Source of the DNA: Amphiscolops sp. MND2022
Taxonomy: Eukaryota
Reading direction: 5' to 3'
Assembly (NCBI GenBank): GCA_964187785.1
Contig: OZ076409.1
Coordinates: 51,028,001 to 51,092,000, forward strand
DNA length: 64,000 nucleotides
A program made the translations under genes and the position numbers. Shown one piece after another: positions 62,001 to 64,000 of this stretch; position 1 is the first letter of the stretch; each line of letters opens with the position of its first letter. Below the pieces are notes generated by a model that searched no databases, was not told the DNA's origin, and saw nothing but the letters and a program-made list of their open reading frames with translations.

Positions 62001-63587
62001 TAATTACCGATTATTCACAGGAACTACCCAGTGCTAATTATGTGTTAATTTTCTTTATTTGAAGCTTGAAATTTTCAGTTTTACGTTTAGTAAAGTTTTT
62101 TTCGTTATATAATTTCTTGATAGTTAAACTTTTATAGTTTAGAATGTAATATTTCATGATAATTCAGAACTTCATAACAGTACGATCACAGTTCCCTGGT
62201 TGAAAAAAAATGCGTTCCTTGCAAGGATCTTGCAAGATTTTCTTTCAAGGTCTTGCAAGATAATGCATTTTTCTGCAAGACATCTTGCAAGAAAAAAATT
62301 TCCTTGCAAGATTTTTCCAAGGAGAAAAATTTCGTGGAAAGTTCTCGACAATTTTTTTCATTTTTTATATTCATTGTTTTTGACTTCAAGTTGACTACTG
62401 CATCGTGACTATTAGATTCTGTCACAGAACGGGGTTTGTTTACTAGAGGATTCAATCTCCAAAAAGATGCAAACTCTAGAAAATATCTCTAAAAGTGTGA
62501 TCTTAGTGAAATTATTTGAAAAGTAGTAGTACATTTCAGTGACGCAACATTTAAAATACAGTCTCAGAGTATTCTGAAAACTTTTTCCAATCAATTGTGT
62601 TATGTATCAGTTATTGATTTGAAATTAGACTGTGCATAATTTTTCGATTGAAATTATTTTCCAATTTGTTAAATTACCCTTCTGAGATAATAGTTATTAA
62701 CGTTTTTGACATTATTCTCAAATCACGACTACGTTAACATAGTTTCTCAGTATGAAGTACATTGAACTCAAGAATCTTGCAAGGAAAGCATTTCCTTGCA
62801 AGATCTTTCAAGGAAAAAATTTCCTTGCAAGATCTTTCAAGGAAAAAATTTCCTTGCAAGATCTTTCAAGGTAAACATTTCCTTGCAAGATCTTTCAAGG
62901 AAAACATTTCCTTGCAAGATCTTGCAAGGAACAAATTTCCTTGCAAGATCTTACAAGTAATTGCATTTTTACAAGGATCTTGCAAGATCCTTGCAAGGAA
63001 CGCATTTTTTCTCGACCAGGGTTGCGATAAGTTTTCCGCCGGAGGATTTTTGGCGAGTTGCATTTCGACGAATCTTCCGCCTAGTATATTCGACCAGTTG
63101 TTTTCGGCTAGTTGTTTTCGACGAGTCTTCCTAGATTCATTTATAGTTTCCAGAAAAAGTGTCAAGACAATACAATGCAGGATCGAATCATATGTTTCCT
63201 TTTATTTTGAATAAAACTTTTATTTTTGAAGTTGACAGGTCATCGTTGGTCCACACTTTGCCACCCCAAAATGAGTCACGGTCACTGTAGTGACCACCGG
63301 TTGGAAATGTGATAGGGGGCACAGTCACAATAAGTTCAGTCGGGACGTTCATTGAAACTATGTAAGAGTTAGTTTTAGACGCCTACTGACTGTTTCCATT
63401 GTAACTTTGAGTTCACATTTTCATAGTCACAATGAATCCCCGGATAATGATCCAAAAATATCCGGATCATCTGTGTCAAAATAGTGTGAAAACGATCACT
63501 AACGAACACAGCAGCTTCATGTTCGACTTGGAATCTTTCTTTAAGCTCAGCTTCCACGAGTCCTTGCAACTTCATTGGTCGGTCAAG
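1870..63587 (-). CDS. CADPS: Divergent CAPS/UNC-31 (calcium-dependent secretion activator)-like host gene, partial, multi-exon. Exons read: 63417-63587 (tentative), 60861-61012, 8401-8476, 8150-8280, 7669-7992, 7046-7257, 6320-6514, 5478-5617, 1870-2057
   Basis: Exon 1870-2057 (GWFTAEQRLMIDEFCSRYAIR...GEMIDPSLLHYAF) resembles the CAPS segment GWFSPGQVFVLDEYCAR...GAMIDPTLLHYSF. Exons 7046-7257 and 6320-6514 give a CAPS-type PH domain (KWKKRYAILM...EPADIIPLDRFVVDY; DARDVWLEKLAVATRQTFKP). Exons 7669-8280 give the C2-like region. GT/AG sites join in consistent phase from 61012 down to 1870. Confidence 0.8.
2245..2801. mobile_element. Interspersed repeat, copy 2 of 506-1085
   Basis: Colinear similarity to copy 1 over ~550 bp. 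Confidence 0.75.
5478..8476 (-). CDS. CADPS: Cluster of six CAPS-like exons (C2 and PH domains)
   Basis: Canonical splice sites with matching phases; junction NVKCTG|ELYFMSK resembles CAPS NMKHSGYLWAIGK. Confidence 0.8.
6551..6892. repeat. Long inverted repeat (~118-bp arms, ~105-bp loop) in a CAPS intron
   Basis: 6551-6669 is the near-perfect reverse complement of 6774-6892. Confidence 0.9.
6900..6998. repeat. Near-perfect spacerless palindrome
   Basis: Centred on ACTAA|TTAGT; the arms differ only in one homopolymer length. Confidence 0.9.
9115..9135 (+). repeat. Left terminal inverted repeat of the giant YR element
   Basis: TGAGAATCCGCACTTGGTCGG. Confidence 0.85.
10084..10554 (-). CDS. 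Last exon of the YR gene: acidic tract plus C-terminal Myb/SANT-like domain
   Basis: Acceptor ttccag|GAT in phase with donor TCG|gtgaga at 11047; reads ...RRQWPKDQEKALRKEFRKEMMEGRLPGQDVCLEAMKRYPHAQKWQDIKDKVRNMQVSDARK*. This frame is missing from the ORF track. Confidence 0.75.
   Translation of the reverse strand, partial: DAGEEVETPADSNLPSSSKATSSRSTSQRTKEKGKKDESDEDDDDDDDDNDKEEKSDDDASFQADEVSHGSEEEPEQRRPKKKKRTTAGRPKGATRRQWPKDQEKALRKEFRKEMMEGRLPGQDVCLEAMKRYPHAQKWQDIKDKVRNMQVSDARK
10084..20115 (-). CDS. SET domain - 20-aa repeat - acidic linker - Zn finger - tyrosine recombinase - Myb/SANT-like fusion gene. Exons ~20115-19722, 16116-14039, 13977-13786 (tentative), 13688-12223, 11821-11047, 10554-10084; apparent frameshifts
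   Basis: The SET domain is split by a phase-1 intron (...TRVILPG|EELRYDYGFSNAEW), linking the 19.7-20.1 kb exon to the 16.1 kb exon. Downstream frames join via GT/AG sites and frame changes at ~15615, ~14205 and ~12693. The 12223/11821 junction phase is unresolved. Confidence 0.7.
10625..10950 (-). repeat. ~95-bp tandem units (3-4) carrying the element motif in reverse orientation, in the last YR intron
   Basis: Repeated TTCTCAAACACCGGGCGTTGCTATTTCAAC. Confidence 0.85.
11047..11821 (-). CDS. Tyrosine recombinase catalytic domain exon
   Basis: FNKKRDREV (catalytic R), LPGKGGKFVPVLI (K), RSTKLRKYLAT (second R), LGHDLNVHDKYYR (H...Y nucleophile). Confidence 0.85.
12223..13688 (-). CDS. YR gene middle exon: acidic/Ser-rich linker, CPYC...H..H and CPSC...H...C Zn-binding motifs, helical core-binding-like region
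   Basis: ORFs 12627-13694 and 12164-12667 become one frame if one A is removed from the A7 run at ~12693 (GKNIKAATFALMLEV). Confidence 0.7.
14370..15610 (-). repeat. Coding minisatellite: ~20 copies of a 60-bp unit (KSGEAKPAVGEKxAxKPPA)
   Basis: Directly visible tandem 60-mers; open in frame 14055-15602. Confidence 0.9.
18236..18590 (+). repeat. ~75-bp tandem units combining AAATAGCAACGCCCGGTG and GTCGAACAT motifs
   Basis: About five visible units inside the SET intron. Confidence 0.85.
19722..20115 (-). CDS. SET domain N-terminal exon (SETD8/PR-Set7-like lysine methyltransferase fold)
   Basis: GRGLFV...FLLSYWG...FIDTS...GLARFIND...ANC...IFLATRVILPG; donor CCAG|gtcagt. Confidence 0.85.
20558..22660 (-). 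CDS. C2H2 zinc finger plus JmjC histone demethylase (KDM2/KDM7-PHF8 type); exons ~22658-21476 and 21023-20558; 5' exon not located
   Basis: FECEFCG...LTRHKKKYH; TNWHQDFTGTSVFY (HxD), KGQKHF, LFLPSQWIHFVFTPEESVAFGCNF (distal H); phase-2 intron AA|gtaagt...tttcag|T joins SGNRN-SFFFG. Confidence 0.88.
23205..26045 (+). repeat. Diverged direct duplication of ~0.8 kb (23205-23990 vs 25265-26045)
   Basis: Colinear matches such as GAATGAAGCGAGAAGGTCTTGGTC...AAAAATGTTGAACGA and GTTCATGTTCGACCT. Confidence 0.8.
26855..32265 (+). repeat. Direct duplication of ~1 kb (26855-27805 vs 31250-32265), each copy ending in a right-end-like site
   Basis: Long near-identical stretch (CCAAATGCGCATAACGTTTTGG...GGGAGTATTTGATTAAACCAATTGAT) plus a shared CVYCNELPLTNDELDSVINHY frame. 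Confidence 0.85.
28310..29085 (+). repeat. Tandem array of alternating A/B ~58-bp units (~117-bp higher-order dimer) built on AAAAGCAACGCCCGGT
   Basis: Alternating ...GCTAACAAACTAGACTGTTACTGCGCC... and ...ACTGGAAATTGAGACTATGACTGTGCC... units. Confidence 0.92.
32745..33077 (-). CDS. Small orphan protein (~110 aa, MFWYQKVYLHL...), paralogue of 37000-37380
   Basis: Colinear with the 37000-37380 product: K.YL.L.W..P, IT...WT, P.S.SF..L.EVL.YHAL.N.DP.LE. Confidence 0.7.
   Translation of the reverse strand: MFWYQKVYLHLEWTLPKEMQINGLVDVIITRLRWTYADQSVKICYRSKYSGLVSPSQPKSRKCKVRIDPESHSFIRLYEVLCYHALENTDPALEDAVTYMQLIYPLSRAA
34005..34345 (+). repeat. Degenerate ~52-bp tandem units with GCAACGCCTGGTG
   Basis: Four to five visible motif copies. 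Confidence 0.75.
34356..34804. mobile_element. MITE with GGACCATGTCATCT TIRs and 8-bp TSD (Merlin-like), nested in the giant element
   Basis: TIRs at 34356-34369 and 34791-34804; AATGAACG duplicated on both sides; a related end occurs at ~30880-30943. Confidence 0.8.
35210..35530 (+). repeat. ~54-bp tandem array with AAATAGCAACGCCCGGTGCTC
   Basis: About six visible units. Confidence 0.88.
37000..37380 (+). CDS. Small orphan protein (126 aa), paralogue of 32745-33077
   Basis: ATG-initiated intact ORF; protein-level similarity to its paralogue despite diverged DNA. Confidence 0.7.
   Translation: MPCHKLYLNLLWVVPQKLENLDIEVVTITKIYWTFRESVIRVCFYGIQSNRSHPLPVKKTPTKFNIHLHPQSQSFKDLNEVLGYHALDNKDPLLEELLSFMSSIKKISLEKLFDSSSDESFFGMEF
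39670..40220 (+). repeat. 51-bp tandem array (~10-11 units) AAATGAAATAGCAACGCCCGGTGCTTAGAACACTGCTATTAAATAAACT
   Basis: Directly visible, highly homogeneous. Confidence 0.93.
41390..42150 (+). repeat. Degenerate ~190-bp tandem units, each with a G-run
   Basis: Repeated TTCGTTTCATTTT...GGGGGGG...CCATTCTCAAG...GATTGGAC...ATTCCAAAAA. Confidence 0.75.
42709..42729 (-). repeat. Right terminal inverted repeat of the giant YR element
   Basis: CCGACCAAGTGCGGATTCTCA, 21/21 reverse complement of the left TIR. Confidence 0.85.
43844..45471 (+). repeat. 5' LTR
   Basis: TGTCGCAGG...GTCCTTACA; about ten substitutions versus the 3' LTR seen by eye. Confidence 0.95.
44910..46613 (+). CDS. gag: Gag (capsid-like region plus two CCHC zinc knuckles), starting inside the LTR
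   Basis: MPSTRRQKAK start; TFDGKTEKFELFEDLF capsid-like region; CSYCKAEDHFWKNC and CPTCSKTNHPAEKC knuckles. Confidence 0.92.
   Translation: MPSTRRQKAKSRKSRELDMLSDYGNMDVMLGGRSSNSIERELDSLINVPEGQRDFQSFPNRENSSQENEIRDIDSRNEPVRGSILIESINTLSSEVNARMSREMEAMMDLMQSQITRAISSAISERIIPEIQNMVENLPLGQNGVGPDTSLNEDRVRSAWENTNTRLTKKDSRSACDLREHSDVSPYMVTGATELQQPIPEFLTGRIHSQPDLQRRESTHDTTLDTTLPIAEPAPAEQQQDPINRLADVLVNLQNKPHSMTIRPVTTNPMTFDGKTEKFELFEDLFHTMIKMQPAMTEQMKINHFHSLLRKGALQTFRNINSINRQTLEDVLVKFRRKYVKPESQATAKHKWHRLIFDPNTMKLPDFLEELNQGAEKAFGENAKSMIDSLLYAKLPPKLKRSVNMARLENGTYEEIVAHLEQELELNVLEESDDLPIATMASSSNKSRNLLSNGIDTNKNNQCSYCKAEDHFWKNCPKLKKKKESEAKDGKKPQRQTYPECPTCSKTNHPAEKCWRGAGAHLRPKRNRQDSSKDTEPSEDEGNRTKNEKSTTSSSGQSNSKKPESKN
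46610..51854 (+). CDS. pol: Pol: protease, RT, RNase H, integrase; -1 frame relative to gag; one extra A at ~47195-47201
   Basis: IDTGA protease; LDCSQAY and YVDD RT; TDAS RNase H; H...HPG...CVTC and D,D,E integrase. Confidence 0.95.
52033..56106 (-). pseudogene. Antisense, spliced accessory gene inside the retroelement: BED-like Zn finger plus degenerate hAT-transposase-like body; disrupted in this copy
   Basis: KFYCMLCKTNVSIYSKGAREILRHYKTEGH (BED-like); MYSIEF...SVRFW, NLVSISGC and ELVKYWPSINEY occur in hAT motif order; GT/AG intron 54282-54379; frameshifts near 55440 and 53645, in-frame stop near 53207. Confidence 0.65.
57276..58115 (+). CDS. Extra 279-aa ORF of the retroelement (acidic N-terminus, CVICGKS motif) reading through the PPT into the 3' LTR
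   Basis: Intact ATG-initiated ORF; its last ~28 codons are supplied by the LTR. Confidence 0.7.
   Translation: MAQRFPEDFIGSAPEGVDIICLSSDEEEGMCDLSMTSVLDLQLSSEDEGEIDDEIMMMAQCVEMELSSPIPVPGPSTALKIRNEAPRYNPPRCGTSGASFATRPTLDQSFFSLGKGNGPIRRDDRVRNNHPIKLCREIIPMVDTPMSPPPEEKGPTYDAYSTDGQGEVTQQSLDAVANHFQGMEIETSNPLANYSDCVICGKSTLQIQSEAVTDYLRKTATLGESADQLEARKRAFLEGMQVGTFLLLPGGVSQAAACDGNIYTIDHTKPIALPGTLPL
58030..59657 (+). repeat. 3' LTR
   Basis: Same length and near-identical to the 5' LTR. Confidence 0.95.
60732..60811. repeat. Perfect 80-bp spacerless palindrome
   Basis: Centred on CTTA|TAAG; 40-bp arms match exactly. Confidence 0.92.
60861..61012 (-). CDS. CADPS: Upstream CAPS-like exon (NMPLNWYDQEKGAEIERELENQTRELMQNFR...)
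   Basis: Acceptor tgtag|AAC, donor AA|gtaaac (phase 2) joins in frame to exon 8401-8476; weak similarity to the CAPS helix preceding the C2 domain. Confidence 0.6.
61447..61806. mobile_element. hAT-type MITE
   Basis: TIRs CAGGGTTTTGACATCGCTAAT / ATTAGCGGTGTCAAAACTCTG; 8-bp TSD GTTGTGGA; internal CGCTAA repeats. Confidence 0.88.
62194..63021. mobile_element. Non-autonomous DNA transposon with long TIRs and CTTGCAAG subterminal arrays
   Basis: CCCTGGTTGAAAAAAAATGCGTTCCTTGCAAGGATCTTGCAAG ... CTTGCAAGATCCTTGCAAGGAACGCATTTTTTCTCGACCAGGG; possible TT TSD. Confidence 0.85.
63417..63587 (-). CDS. Probable N-terminal CAPS-like exon (LDRPMKLQGLVEAELKERFQ...)
   Basis: Acceptor tttcag|CTTGAC; weak resemblance to CAPS KQQLQTVKDRFQAFL; same strand as the other exons. 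Confidence 0.45.
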
Positions 63588-64000
63588 CTGAAATAGTAAG
63601 TATTCAAGGAATGAACTCAAAAGAATGAAAAGCTGAACAGTTGAGTATAACAATTGGTTTAAACACTTTTTATAAGTATTGCGCATAATAAGTTTAGTAT
63701 TCGGGCTGCTAGCAGAAGAAAAAGACAACCAGCCTTTTGTAGAAGGAAGCCTTTGTATTTCTTGAATTTGTATTTCTCAAAAGACTTCGTGATAATCAAA
63801 GAACAATAGTTTGTAACGAGATGACGACAATGGTGAGAGCTTGTCGTTACAGTTTACTGCCCGGGTTTCCATACCACGCCGATCATAATCTGACCATATG
63901 GCACCATATAAATCATACAAATTTCCTTACTATGATCTTGCCATGATCGGCCGGAATCATATATGGTCCAGAGTATGATCGGCCTGGAATCTTATATGGT

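Overview
AT-rich, intron-containing animal genomic DNA; the species cannot be fixed from the sequence. The whole window lies inside a divergent minus-strand CAPS/UNC-31 (CADPS)-like gene. One apparent ~52-kb intron (8477-60860) holds two large mobile elements. (1) A ~33.6-kb element (9115-42729) is bounded by perfect 21-bp terminal inverted repeats with no evident TSD. It encodes a multi-exon SET / 20-aa-repeat / Zn-finger / tyrosine-recombinase / Myb-like fusion protein, a C2H2-JmjC (KDM2/KDM7-type) demethylase and a pair of small orphan paralogues. It is filled with two element-specific motifs (AAATAGCAACGCCCGGTG and GGTCGRAC) and carries internal copies of its own ends. This looks like a giant, cargo-carrying tyrosine-recombinase transposon with its own chromatin writer and eraser, and is the main candidate for an undescribed system. 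(2) A young 15.8-kb Ty3/Gypsy LTR retrotransposon (43844-59657, 1628-bp LTRs, TSD TTACG) has a gag that starts inside the LTR, an antisense spliced hAT-transposase-derived gene and an extra ORF running into the 3' LTR. Several MITEs, a tRNA-box-containing repeat family and perfect palindromes are also present. All domain calls are by-eye motif recognition; no searches were run.
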